Shown piece by piece: positions 25,807-35,055 of a DNA stretch of 64,000 bases (position 1 is the stretch's first letter; each line of letters begins with the position of its first letter). Made by a program: the position numbers and the translations under genes. This DNA comes from a virus: IMG/VR virus record IMGVR_UViG_3300045988_164636, positions 32,001-96,000 of that record; one strand, given 5' to 3'. The notes beneath the pieces are model-generated. The model was not told where the DNA came from, ran no database searches, and worked only from the letters and a program-made list of their open reading frames with translations.

Positions 25807-28176
25807 ATGAGTTTAATTACAGAAAATGATATATTAAATGAAGCAAAAGATTGTTTCTTAGGATACGCTTCAGAAGTTTTAACAGATAGAGCAATTCCTG
25901 CGGCGGAAGATGGATTACTTTCCGCACAAAGGAAAATTATATGGACTCTTGAAGATTATCTTAAAATGAATAGTAAGAGTAAGACAAAGAAGTGTCAAGC
26001 TATTGTTGGGTCAACTCTAGCTACATCATATTATCACGGTGATGCCGCTTGTTATGGAGTTTTATGCAAAATGTCTCAACCTTACCTTATGAGGTACCCC
26101 CTCATTGATGGACAAGGTTCATTAGGTACACAGGAGGATAATGACCTCGTTGCTTCTTCAAGATATACGGAGGCTAGACCCTCTAAATATTCTGACCTAA
26201 TGATGAAAGATTTTAAGAAAAAAGTTGTTCCATTAAAAGAAACATATAATGGAGAATTTATGGAGCCTGTAGTTCTTCCATCTTTATTTCCTAATGCTAT
26301 ATGTAATGGTAGACAGGCTATCGGCATCTCAATGTCTCATACATCGGCTCCACACAATCTCGGAGAAGTATGCGATGCTATCATAACTTATCTTAAACAA
26401 AATAAGTCTATAACTTTAGATGAACTGTTAGATATAATGCCCGGACCAGATTTCCCACTTCCTAATACTATTATAAATAAGAAGGACATTCGTACAGCTT
26501 ATGCAACAGGGCATTCCGCAGTTTCTCTTAAAATAAGAGGTCATTATGAAATTAAAGGTCAGAATTTAATTTTTACAACTATTCCATATAGAACTTATAG
26601 AAATAAGATAAAAGAACAAATTGAAAAGAATGTTGATGAATTAGATAAATATATTGATGATTTTGATGATGAATCTGCTCTTGGAGAAAATAAATTAGTA
26701 TTTAGATGTAAGAAGAATGTTGACCCAGAAGCAGTTGCACAAAAATTATTTGCATTAACAGATTTACAAACAACTTTATCTTACAATATGAACTTTATTG
26801 TAGATGGAACACCTAAAATGTGTTCAATGATAGATTTAATTAAATCTTATGTAAAGCATCAAGAAAATATTATAATTAAGATTGCGGAAGATGATAAAAG
26901 TAAAGCAGAATTAAAAAAGCATACTACAGAAGGGCTTATTATAATTTTAAATGATATTGACAATGCTATTCAGATAATAAAAAATTCAGAAAATAGGAAC
27001 ACCGCAAAAATTTCTTTAATGAATCATTATAAATTAACAGATGTTCAGGCGGATGCTGTTCTTGATATGAAGTTAGTAAAACTTACTAAATTAGATAAAG
27101 ATGAATTATTAAATTTATTAAAAGAATTAGAAGTTATAATTGCGGAATGTAATAAACTTATTTCTGATGAAGAATACAGAGCAAATCATTTAATTGAAAA
27201 AGTGCGGGAAATGAAAAGTAAATATGCAGACCCCCGCAGAACTATACTTACACAAATTGATGTATCAAAAGAAGAAAAAGAAGTTGCAGAAATTATACCT
27301 GAAGATTGTGTAGTTATTATTACAAGAAATGGTATGATAAAGAGGATTCCTTCACAATCATTTAAAGTACAAAAGAAAAATGGTAAGGGAGTAAAAAATG
27401 CGGAAGATACTTTATTAACTACTATATCAACTAATACTATTGATACTTTAATGCTTTTTACTGATAAAGGAAAGATGTATAGAGTTTCAATTAATGAGAT
27501 CCCAGAAGGAACAAACACTGGAAAAGGTAGTTTAATTAGTTCTATTGTATCAACAGAACAAGATGAAAAGGTTATTGCCGCAACATCCTTATACCATAAA
27601 AGTAAAGCTAAGTATGTTATCTTTATAACAAAAAATGGTATGATAAAGAAAACCGCCTTAAGTGAATATGAAGGTGGAAAAAAGAAAACTGGTATAGTGG
27701 CAATTAAATTTAAAGATAATGATACTCTTGCTAATGTTACTTTTGCGGAAGAAGAAGATTTTATTGTTATTACTAAAAATGGCATGGGCATAAGAATAGA
27801 AAGTAAGAGTATTTCTCCAATAGGTAGAGTATCTATGGGAGTGAAGGCAATTAAGCTCAATGATAATGATGAAGTTTTATGCGGACTTCCTATTCATAAA
27901 AATAGTGATAAATTAGCTCTTTTTACTATTGACGGATTAGGCAAAAAAATAGCCTTAAATGAACTTTATACACAAGGTAGAGGCGGAAAAGGTATCATCC
28001 TTTCGAAGGAACATCTTGCTGGAGCATTATTAATTGATAATAAAGATATTATATTAATTAATGGTAAGCCTAATTTAATATGTATAGCGGCAGAAGATAT
28101 ACCTGAATGTTCACGAATTGCCGCAGGCAATAAGATTATTAAAGGTAGTATAATTGAGTCTGTTGTTAAATTATAA
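25807..28176 (+). CDS. gyrA: type IIA topoisomerase subunit A (GyrA/ParC-like)
   Basis: AAEDGLLSAQRKIIW and the active-site region SSRYTEAR. The C-terminal beta-pinwheel-like repeats contain G.G. motifs. Confidence 0.85.
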   Translation: MSLITENDILNEAKDCFLGYASEVLTDRAIPAAEDGLLSAQRKIIWTLEDYLKMNSKSKTKKCQAIVGSTLATSYYHGDAACYGVLCKMSQPYLMRYPLIDGQGSLGTQEDNDLVASSRYTEARPSKYSDLMMKDFKKKVVPLKETYNGEFMEPVVLPSLFPNAICNGRQAIGISMSHTSAPHNLGEVCDAIITYLKQNKSITLDELLDIMPGPDFPLPNTIINKKDIRTAYATGHSAVSLKIRGHYEIKGQNLIFTTIPYRTYRNKIKEQIEKNVDELDKYIDDFDDESALGENKLVFRCKKNVDPEAVAQKLFALTDLQTTLSYNMNFIVDGTPKMCSMIDLIKSYVKHQENIIIKIAEDDKSKAELKKHTTEGLIIILNDIDNAIQIIKNSENRNTAKISLMNHYKLTDVQADAVLDMKLVKLTKLDKDELLNLLKELEVIIAECNKLISDEEYRANHLIEKVREMKSKYADPRRTILTQIDVSKEEKEVAEIIPEDCVVIITRNGMIKRIPSQSFKVQKKNGKGVKNAEDTLLTTISTNTIDTLMLFTDKGKMYRVSINEIPEGTNTGKGSLISSIVSTEQDEKVIAATSLYHKSKAKYVIFITKNGMIKKTALSEYEGGKKKTGIVAIKFKDNDTLANVTFAEEEDFIVITKNGMGIRIESKSISPIGRVSMGVKAIKLNDNDEVLCGLPIHKNSDKLALFTIDGLGKKIALNELYTQGRGGKGIILSKEHLAGALLIDNKDIILINGKPNLICIAAEDIPECSRIAAGNKIIKGSIIESVVKL

Positions 28177-28210
28177 GAGATAAAGGAGAGTTGATCTCTT
28201 CTTTATTTTT
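28175..28210 (+). terminator. probable rho-independent terminator
   Basis: Stem aagagat / atctctt, followed by ctttattttt. Confidence 0.5.
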
Positions 28211-28259
28211 ATATAAATTTTTGTTATAATATAATTACAGTAAAAAAGGAGAAATAAAT

Positions 28260-28616
28260 ATGAGAATTGATTTTAAATATAATGTGAGAAAGATAAAATG
28301 GTTTTTTCAGAAATATAAAAGAGGATATTCTGATAGAGATTTATGGAATTTAGATAACTGGATATTAGATATGCTTGAAAAAGTAATAAATGATTTTAAA
28401 ATTCAAAATAATCATAGTTATCCCGCCACTTTTGATTCAATGGACGATTGGACGGCTGAATTAGAATACGCTCATTCACTGTTGAAACATCTCAATGAAA
28501 TTAAGGAAAATGATAGTGGATATTCTTCTTATGAAGAATATTATGAAGATTTAAATTATACAAAAGATAAGCTCTTTGATTGGCTAAAAGAATATTTGTT
28601 TAATTTATGGGACTAA
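28260..28616 (+). CDS. hypothetical protein
   Basis: 118-aa ORF with RBS aaaggagaaat and an upstream tgtTATAAT at 28222-28230. Confidence 0.5.
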   Translation: MRIDFKYNVRKIKWFFQKYKRGYSDRDLWNLDNWILDMLEKVINDFKIQNNHSYPATFDSMDDWTAELEYAHSLLKHLNEIKENDSGYSSYEEYYEDLNYTKDKLFDWLKEYLFNLWD

Positions 28617-28674
28617 TTGATTTTCTTAAAAATTTATTATAAAATAATTATAGTAAAAAGAAAGAGGAAAAAAT

Positions 28675-30621
28675 ATGAGTAGATTAGAATCATTAATCGA
28701 AGAATTAAATACTGCATCATATAATTATTATAATGGGTTGCCACTTTTAATGTCAGATGAAGAATATGATAAGAAGTATGATGAATTAAAAGAAATTGAA
28801 AAGTCAACTGGACTTATATTATCTAATTCTCCGACCCAAAAAATTGGAGCTTCAATTCTTCCTAATTTGAACAAAATTACTATTACTGATAGACCAATGT
28901 TATCATTAGATAAATGTCACACAATAGAAGAATTAGAAAAATTTTCTAAAAATCAGCTTATGTGTGCAACTTGTAAATGTGATGGTTTATCTGTAAGAAT
29001 TATCTATGAAAACGGAAAAATTGTTTCCGCAAATACAAGAGGAAATGGATTTGAAGGACAGGACATAACTGAGCATATTAAGCATTTTCTTAATGTTCCT
29101 CTCGTAATTCCGACAAGAGATAGGGTAATTGTTGATGGTGAAGCAATAATCTTCATTAAAGATTTTGAAGAAATAAATATAAACAAGGAATTTAAAAATC
29201 CTCGTAATCTTGCGGCAGGTACTTTAGCTAGTCTTGATACTTCACTATGCACTTCTCGAAGAATGAGATTCATAGCTTGGGATTTAATTCAATATGGAAA
29301 TATACAATTTGAAGAATATAATGAAAAATTTGATATTTTATATGATTTAGGTTTTGAATTTGTTATAGGTAATCTAGCTATGGCAGAAGAGTTTGATTAT
29401 ATGAATGATTTATTAAAAGCACAAGCTGCACGATATGCAAGAAAAGGATTACCAATTGATGGTATTGTTTGGCGATTTAATGATGAAAATTTCGATACAA
29501 CTCGTACAGCTAAATTCTTTAATAATGCTATAGCATTTAAGTTTAAAGATGAGGAAGCAGTAAGTACATTATTGGATATAGAGTGGAGCATGGGTAAAAC
29601 TGGAGTTCTTACCCCCGTAGCAATTTTTGAACCCGTAGAACTAGAAGGAACAGAAGTATCTAGGTCTAGTATTCATAATGTAAATATTATGAATGATTTA
29701 GCTCCTAATGGGTGGTATAAGGGATCAAGAGTAACAATTGTTAAATCTAATCAAATAATTCCGCAAATTATAAAAGTAGAACCTCCGAAATTTATTGATA
29801 GTGATGAAATACTTGAACCACCTTTAATGTGTCCGATTTGCGGAAAACCCACATTGATAGAAGATACTGGAAACAGTTTGGTTCTCGTATGCAAAAATCC
29901 AGATTGTGAAGGACAATTATTAAATAGAATTGACCATTTTGTTGGAAAAAAAGGACTAGATATAAAAGGATTATCAAAAGCAACTATTTCTAAATTAATT
30001 TCTTGGAATTGGTTAAATAATATTGATGATGTATTTAATTTGAAAGAATACCGGCAGGAATGGATAAAAAAATCTGGTTTTGGAACTGCTTCTGTTGATA
30101 AAATTTTAAATAAAATAGAAGAAAGAAGAAATGATTGTGAATTATGGCAATTTATTTCTGGGTTAAGTATACCTTTAATTGGTTCAACTTATGCAAAACA
30201 ACTTGCCGCATATTTTAAAACTTGGGATAATTTTTTAAATGCAATAAATCATCATTTTGATTTTTCTTCTCTTGAAGGATTTGGTGATGAGATGCATCGT
30301 TCATTGACAACTTATAATTATACAATAGCATCAAAAATTGCTTCCTTGTTAATTTTTAAAGAAAAGAAAGAAGAATTATCAGATGAATGCAAAGGTTCTA
30401 CTTTCTGTATTACAGGTAAATTATCTCATTTTAAAAATAGAGATGAACTTAAAACTTTGATTGAAAAATGCGGCGGCAAGGTTACTGGAAGTGTAACAGC
30501 TAAAACATCTTTTTTAATTAATAATGATGTTAATAGCAATTCAGCAAAAAATGTTGCCGCACAAAGATTGAATATTCCAATTCTTACAGAAGAAGAATTT
30601 TTAAATATGGTGGGCAAATGA
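28675..30621 (+). CDS. ligA: NAD-dependent DNA ligase
   Basis: Adenylation motif CKCDGLS, Zn finger CPICG...CKNPDC, HhH region, and a C-terminal BRCT-like FCITGKL... Confidence 0.85.
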   Translation: MSRLESLIEELNTASYNYYNGLPLLMSDEEYDKKYDELKEIEKSTGLILSNSPTQKIGASILPNLNKITITDRPMLSLDKCHTIEELEKFSKNQLMCATCKCDGLSVRIIYENGKIVSANTRGNGFEGQDITEHIKHFLNVPLVIPTRDRVIVDGEAIIFIKDFEEININKEFKNPRNLAAGTLASLDTSLCTSRRMRFIAWDLIQYGNIQFEEYNEKFDILYDLGFEFVIGNLAMAEEFDYMNDLLKAQAARYARKGLPIDGIVWRFNDENFDTTRTAKFFNNAIAFKFKDEEAVSTLLDIEWSMGKTGVLTPVAIFEPVELEGTEVSRSSIHNVNIMNDLAPNGWYKGSRVTIVKSNQIIPQIIKVEPPKFIDSDEILEPPLMCPICGKPTLIEDTGNSLVLVCKNPDCEGQLLNRIDHFVGKKGLDIKGLSKATISKLISWNWLNNIDDVFNLKEYRQEWIKKSGFGTASVDKILNKIEERRNDCELWQFISGLSIPLIGSTYAKQLAAYFKTWDNFLNAINHHFDFSSLEGFGDEMHRSLTTYNYTIASKIASLLIFKEKKEELSDECKGSTFCITGKLSHFKNRDELKTLIEKCGGKVTGSVTAKTSFLINNDVNSNSAKNVAAQRLNIPILTEEEFLNMVGK

Positions 30622-30806
30622 GAAAAAACCAATTAAAGAATTTATCAAATAAAATTGCAGCACTTGAAAATGAAATAAGATTAGGTAATAATATAGAAAA
30701 AAATGAAAAAGAAATTACTATATTGATGTCAAGACTATCTTTTCAAGAGCTGATACAACTTGAGGAATATTTATCAAATATTTTTGACAATAGCGAAAAT
30801 TTTTGA
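30618..30806 (+). CDS. hypothetical small protein
   Basis: 62-aa ORF overlapping the ligA stop. Confidence 0.4.
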   Translation: MRKNQLKNLSNKIAALENEIRLGNNIEKNEKEITILMSRLSFQELIQLEEYLSNIFDNSENF

Positions 30807-30812
30807 TATAAT
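30784..30812 (+). promoter_or_regulatory. promoter: TTGACA-N17-TATAAT
   Basis: TTGACA at 30784-30789 and TATAAT at 30807-30812 with tga just upstream. Confidence 0.65.
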
Positions 30813-30884
30813 ATATAAGTAATAAGGGAAAAGAAAAATCCCAAAAACAAAAATATTTTTTAGATTTAAAGGAGAAAAAAGGTT

Positions 30885-31163
30885 ATGACAGATAACGCTA
30901 TTAAGGTATTTAACTACATCAAGGAAAACGAAGATAAGAACATTACAGCAGCAGATATTGCTGAAGCAACTGGACTTAATAAGAAGTCAGTAGATGGTAC
31001 AATTACAATGTCGCTTTACAGACATAAGGATGCAGATAAGAATGAAATTCCCCTTGCAGTTCGTGTAGAAGGCGGAGTTGAAGTTGTAAATGGTAAGCCC
31101 AAGGTAATTAAGTATATTAAGCTTACAGATGCAGGTAGAGAATTCGTTCCTACAGAAGACTAA
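30885..31163 (+). CDS. small winged-helix DNA-binding-like protein
   Basis: ITAADIAEATGLNKKSVDGTITMSL looks like an HTH. Confidence 0.4.
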   Translation: MTDNAIKVFNYIKENEDKNITAADIAEATGLNKKSVDGTITMSLYRHKDADKNEIPLAVRVEGGVEVVNGKPKVIKYIKLTDAGREFVPTED

Positions 31164-31179
31164 TTCTATAAATAAAATA

Positions 31180-31210
31180 AGGAGAAGTAATTTTTGCTTC
31201 TCCTTTTTCT
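31180..31210 (+). terminator. rho-independent terminator
   Basis: Stem ggagaag / cttctcc, followed by tttttc. Confidence 0.65.
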
Positions 31211-31227
31211 TATTATAAGGAGAAATA

Positions 31228-32190
31228 ATGATCTGGATAATTTTATGTGTTATAATATGCGGCGGCATCATAGTGGCAGCCGCAATTATAAGTAGTAAAT
31301 TAATAAAGAAGATAAAAAAACAATATAATGAACATTTTGAATTATCTAAAGATTTAGAAAAGTTAAAAAATGAAATCTCAAAATGGGATAAAGAAAGAGA
31401 ACAACTTTTCATTTCTAAATTTAAATTGATAACAGAAGTAAATAATTTAAATGAAAAAAGAAACAATTATGTAAATGATATTATAAAAGTAAAAGACGAA
31501 ATCCTTGCGGGCTATCAATCTTATGAAGATAATTTAAATAAGCAATATTTATCTATTGAAGATGATTTTGATAAAAAAATAAGTAATTTACAAGAACGAT
31601 ATGAAAATACTTGTAGTCAGTATTTCTGTGAATTAGAAAAAGCAAAGTTGGAATTAGACAATATAAAAGAAAAAAGAAAAAGAACAGTAGAAGTTTTAAA
31701 TAGAGAACAAACAGAATTAGAAGATGAAGAAAATCATCGTTTAAAAATTACAGCGGCAGATATTGCAGATATAAATACATTAGAAAAAATCCGTCCACAA
31801 CTTTCTAAACCAAGAGTATTAAGTATGTTAATATGGAGTACTTGGTTCCAAAAACCTATGACAGAACTATGCAATAAATTAATTGGTACTTCTGTAAAAA
31901 GTGGGGTTTATAAGATTACTAATATTTTGACTAATGAATGTTATATAGGTCAGGCGACCGATCTAGCTAAAAGACTAAAGGAACACGCTAAATGCGGCTT
32001 AGGAATAGATACTCCGCAAGGACATAAATTATATAAAGCAATGCAAGAAAATGGATTATGGAACTTCTCTTGGAGTGTTTTAGAACTCTGTCCTTCCGCA
32101 GAATTAAATGCGAGAGAAAGTTTTTATATTGATTTATTTAATTCTTATAATTACGGTTATAATCAAAATCAAGGCATAAGAAAAAGTTGA
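31228..32190 (+). CDS. membrane-anchored coiled-coil protein with a C-terminal GIY-YIG-like (T5orf172/DUF4041-type) nuclease domain
   Basis: N-terminal TM segment IWIILCVIICGGIIVAAAIISS, a long Lys/Glu coiled coil, then GVYKITNILTNECYIGQATDLAKRLKEH. Confidence 0.6.
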   Translation: MIWIILCVIICGGIIVAAAIISSKLIKKIKKQYNEHFELSKDLEKLKNEISKWDKEREQLFISKFKLITEVNNLNEKRNNYVNDIIKVKDEILAGYQSYEDNLNKQYLSIEDDFDKKISNLQERYENTCSQYFCELEKAKLELDNIKEKRKRTVEVLNREQTELEDEENHRLKITAADIADINTLEKIRPQLSKPRVLSMLIWSTWFQKPMTELCNKLIGTSVKSGVYKITNILTNECYIGQATDLAKRLKEHAKCGLGIDTPQGHKLYKAMQENGLWNFSWSVLELCPSAELNARESFYIDLFNSYNYGYNQNQGIRKS

Positions 32191-32245
32191 ATTTTTAAAG
32201 AAATTATTATATAATTATTATAGTAATTAAAAAGGAGAAAAATAA

Positions 32246-32869
32246 ATGACAAATTTAGTAACAAAAACTTTAATGTTTTTAAAAAATAATGAAAAGGAAG
32301 TTAAACATTTTGCCGATGCAGTAGATTTAAGTTTTAATCTTGATAGACAGGCTTATATTGGTGAAGAAATTGATATGGCTACAGCAGAAACTGTTGATAA
32401 TTTAATTCGCTTCTGGAATATGTATGATGAAGAAAATAAGATTCCAGTAGAAGATAGAAAACCTATTAAGATTTATATTGACTCCCCCGGTGGTAATCTA
32501 CTTGCAGGATTTTTAGTTGTAGACTCTATTAGATTATCTAAGACTCCTGTATGGGTAATTAATACTGGTATGGCATATTCTACTGCATTTTTGATTTTTA
32601 TTTCTGGTCACAAGAGATTTGCTTATCCGCAGTCTTCATTCTTACTGCACGAAGGTGGAGTTCAGATGGGATATGAAGATGCACACAAATTTGCAAATTA
32701 TGCCGCATTTTATAAGAAGCAGCTTGCAAAGTTAGAAGAAGCTGTTATAGAATATACAAAAATTACAAAAGAAGAATATAATGAATCAAAGAAAGACGAT
32801 GTTTGGTATTTAGCAGATGAAGCTCTTGAAAAGGGTATTTGTGATGAGATTTTAGGAGAGTTCATATAA
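32246..32869 (+). CDS. clpP: ClpP-family serine protease
   Basis: IYIDSPGGNLLAG, GMAYSTAFLIFISG (Ser nucleophile region) and FLLHEG (His). Confidence 0.7.
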   Translation: MTNLVTKTLMFLKNNEKEVKHFADAVDLSFNLDRQAYIGEEIDMATAETVDNLIRFWNMYDEENKIPVEDRKPIKIYIDSPGGNLLAGFLVVDSIRLSKTPVWVINTGMAYSTAFLIFISGHKRFAYPQSSFLLHEGGVQMGYEDAHKFANYAAFYKKQLAKLEEAVIEYTKITKEEYNESKKDDVWYLADEALEKGICDEILGEFI

Positions 32870-33630
32870 TGAAATTAGAAGATAGTAAAGTTTATAATTT
32901 TCAGAATGCTTTTAGCGGAATGAGGTATCCGCTAAAAAGCAATCAAAAATCTGACAGTGTTTTTGGTTATTGTTCTATTTACGAAATTAATAATTTAATT
33001 CATGCTTTTGTTTCTGAACATTATACTGATGATAAGTTAGAGAAAATGTTTAATTATTATCTTAGTAATTGTATAATAAATCAGAATAATACATTTTGTG
33101 AATACGCCCTTATTGGTCCAGAAGATTTAGATCTTGCCACACGCTTAATCAAAGGCGGAAGTGTTCATCGTAAATTCCTAAGACAGATTTTAACTTCTGT
33201 GGATATAACTGCTCCTATTTATCTTTGGAGTGAGATAGATACTTACAAAGTAGCAACAGTAGCAAATAGTGAGAGCACGATGCATACTCTTCATAAAGAA
33301 AATATCAATTGGGATAGATTTGAAATGGATGATGCGGCAGATGATGAATATACCGCAGAACCTCTTATTAATTTCTTAAATTGGTTAGAAGATTTAAGAA
33401 AAGATTATGAACAAACAAAAGATAAGAAAACTTGGAAGGTACTAAAGAGATGGCTTCCCGCAAGTTGGCTTCAAAAGAGAGCTTACACTTGTAATTATGA
33501 AACTTTAACAAATTGGTATTATTGGCGGAAAGGACACAAACTTTCTGAATGGAAAACAGTTTTAGACTGGATAGAAAGTTTACCTTATGCAAACATTTTA
33601 ATTTTAGGAGAAACAGTAAATGACATTTAA
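32869..33630 (+). CDS. ThyX-fold protein with a diverged active-site motif
   Basis: HRKFLRQILTSVDITAPIYLWSEIDTYKVATVANSESTMH aligns by eye to ThyX HE.pFEH..ftF.i.aPi.v.rQ..RHRi.S.nE.S.RY. RHR is replaced by TYK, and S.RY by STMH. Confidence 0.45.
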   Translation: MKLEDSKVYNFQNAFSGMRYPLKSNQKSDSVFGYCSIYEINNLIHAFVSEHYTDDKLEKMFNYYLSNCIINQNNTFCEYALIGPEDLDLATRLIKGGSVHRKFLRQILTSVDITAPIYLWSEIDTYKVATVANSESTMHTLHKENINWDRFEMDDAADDEYTAEPLINFLNWLEDLRKDYEQTKDKKTWKVLKRWLPASWLQKRAYTCNYETLTNWYYWRKGHKLSEWKTVLDWIESLPYANILILGETVNDI

Positions 33631-33934
33631 GGAAAAGTTTTTAGAAGAATTTGAAAAGAATAAAGAATATTTTTCAGAAGATAGTATAAGTTATATTAAA
33701 ACATTAAAAAATGAGAAAACAAATGGTAAATTAACTGAATTAAACCATTTAATTTTAGACTTTATGAAAGAAAATAAGGATAAGTATGATAACTCATTTT
33801 CATCAAAGATAATTGCGGAAGGTCTTGATACTGCCGCCAAGAAAATTTCTGGTTCAATCAGAAAGTTGGTTACTCTTGGTTTAGTTGAAAAAACAAATGA
33901 AAATCCTGTTATATATGCTTTAAGAGAAGATTGA
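33620..33934 (+). CDS. winged-helix (MarR-like) DNA-binding protein
   Basis: FSSKIIAEGLDTAAKKISGSIRKLVTLGLVEK. Confidence 0.45.
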   Translation: MTFKEKFLEEFEKNKEYFSEDSISYIKTLKNEKTNGKLTELNHLILDFMKENKDKYDNSFSSKIIAEGLDTAAKKISGSIRKLVTLGLVEKTNENPVIYALRED

Positions 33935-33992
33935 TTTTATTAAAAAATTATTATATAATATATTTATGATTTAAAAAAGGAGAAAAAAGATT

Positions 33993-34946
33993 ATGAAGAA
34001 GATGAATAATACAGAAATAATTCAGGGTAGAATTTTTAATCATAGTTTATCTGTTAAGCGGGTTGAGAACAAAGAATCTGCAAGTTTTGGTCAGAACTTT
34101 ATTAAGGGTACAATTAATGTAGCTATTGATGAAGATGGACTTAGCGTAATTCCTGTGGACTATCGCTTTGTTAAGGAAACAACTTCAAAGGGAGCAATTA
34201 ATAAGACATATACTACTCTTATAAACATTATAAATAGCGGCAAGACGTGGGAAACTGATGGTAAGGATGCCGCAACAAAAGTAAAGATTACAGCTTCTCT
34301 TGGCGTAAATGATTTTGTTAATAAAGATAATGAAATGACTTCTTATAAGATAAATGCAGGTAGTTTTATTGACGTTATCACAAAGTTGCCAGAACTTGAT
34401 AAGGAAAGACATAGCTTTACAGTTGATATTCTTATGACTAAGGCAACTCTTAAGGAAGCAGATGGAGAAAGAATTAAAGAAGATTACCTTGTTATTAAGG
34501 GTGCGGTTTTTGATTTCAGAGGTACATTAATGCCTGTTGAACTTGTTGTCCGCAATAAGAACGGTATTGATGCTTTCCAGAGTCTTGAACCTTCTAATTC
34601 AAATCCTATTTTAAATAAGGTATGGGGTATAATTAATTTCCATTCAGAAACAGAAACAAAGGTTGAAGAAACACTTTTCGGTGAACAGAATGTAACTACT
34701 TATACAAAGGAAAATAAGGAATGGCTTATCACTGGAGCAAATCCTGATCCTTATGAGTTTGGTGATGAAGCAGTTCTTACAGTTGAAGAAGTTCAGAAGG
34801 CTTCGCAGGAAAGAGAAGTATATCTTGCAGAGGTAAGAAAGAAGCATGATGACTATATCAATTCACTTAAGACTCCAGAGCCTAAGTCAATTGATGAACA
34901 GGTAATTAATGCAGATACAATTAAAAAGAGTGGATTTAATTTCTAA
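33993..34946 (+). CDS. hypothetical protein, possible ssDNA-binding/recombination partner of the Sak4-like ATPase
   Basis: The call rests on its position immediately upstream of the Sak4-like gene. No motif was recognised. Confidence 0.3.
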   Translation: MKKMNNTEIIQGRIFNHSLSVKRVENKESASFGQNFIKGTINVAIDEDGLSVIPVDYRFVKETTSKGAINKTYTTLINIINSGKTWETDGKDAATKVKITASLGVNDFVNKDNEMTSYKINAGSFIDVITKLPELDKERHSFTVDILMTKATLKEADGERIKEDYLVIKGAVFDFRGTLMPVELVVRNKNGIDAFQSLEPSNSNPILNKVWGIINFHSETETKVEETLFGEQNVTTYTKENKEWLITGANPDPYEFGDEAVLTVEEVQKASQEREVYLAEVRKKHDDYINSLKTPEPKSIDEQVINADTIKKSGFNF

Positions 34947-34962
34947 TTAAAGGAGAATATTA

Positions 34963-35055
34963 ATGGCAACAATTAATTTATTAGCTTTAGAGCCTCATAA
35001 GGTTAGTAGAGATTTATCTGGGTACATTACCTACATATACGGAGCAGCAAAGACT
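34963..35055 (+). CDS. Sak4-like RecA-fold ATPase (AAA_24), exon 1
   Basis: MATINLLALEPHKVSRDLSGYITYIYGAAKT stops inside the Walker A motif. RBS is aaaggagaat. Confidence 0.7.

Noticed and set aside
27186-27860. 224-aa antisense ORF inside gyrA. Similar antisense ORFs lie at 23040-23390, 13533-13823, 30987-31466, 44159-44461, 53011-53304 and elsewhere.
   Set aside because: These are open by chance on the opposite strand of AT-rich, Lys/Glu-rich genes. Their products are Phe/Ile/Leu/Ser-rich, they have no RBS, and each is fully embedded in a well-supported gene.
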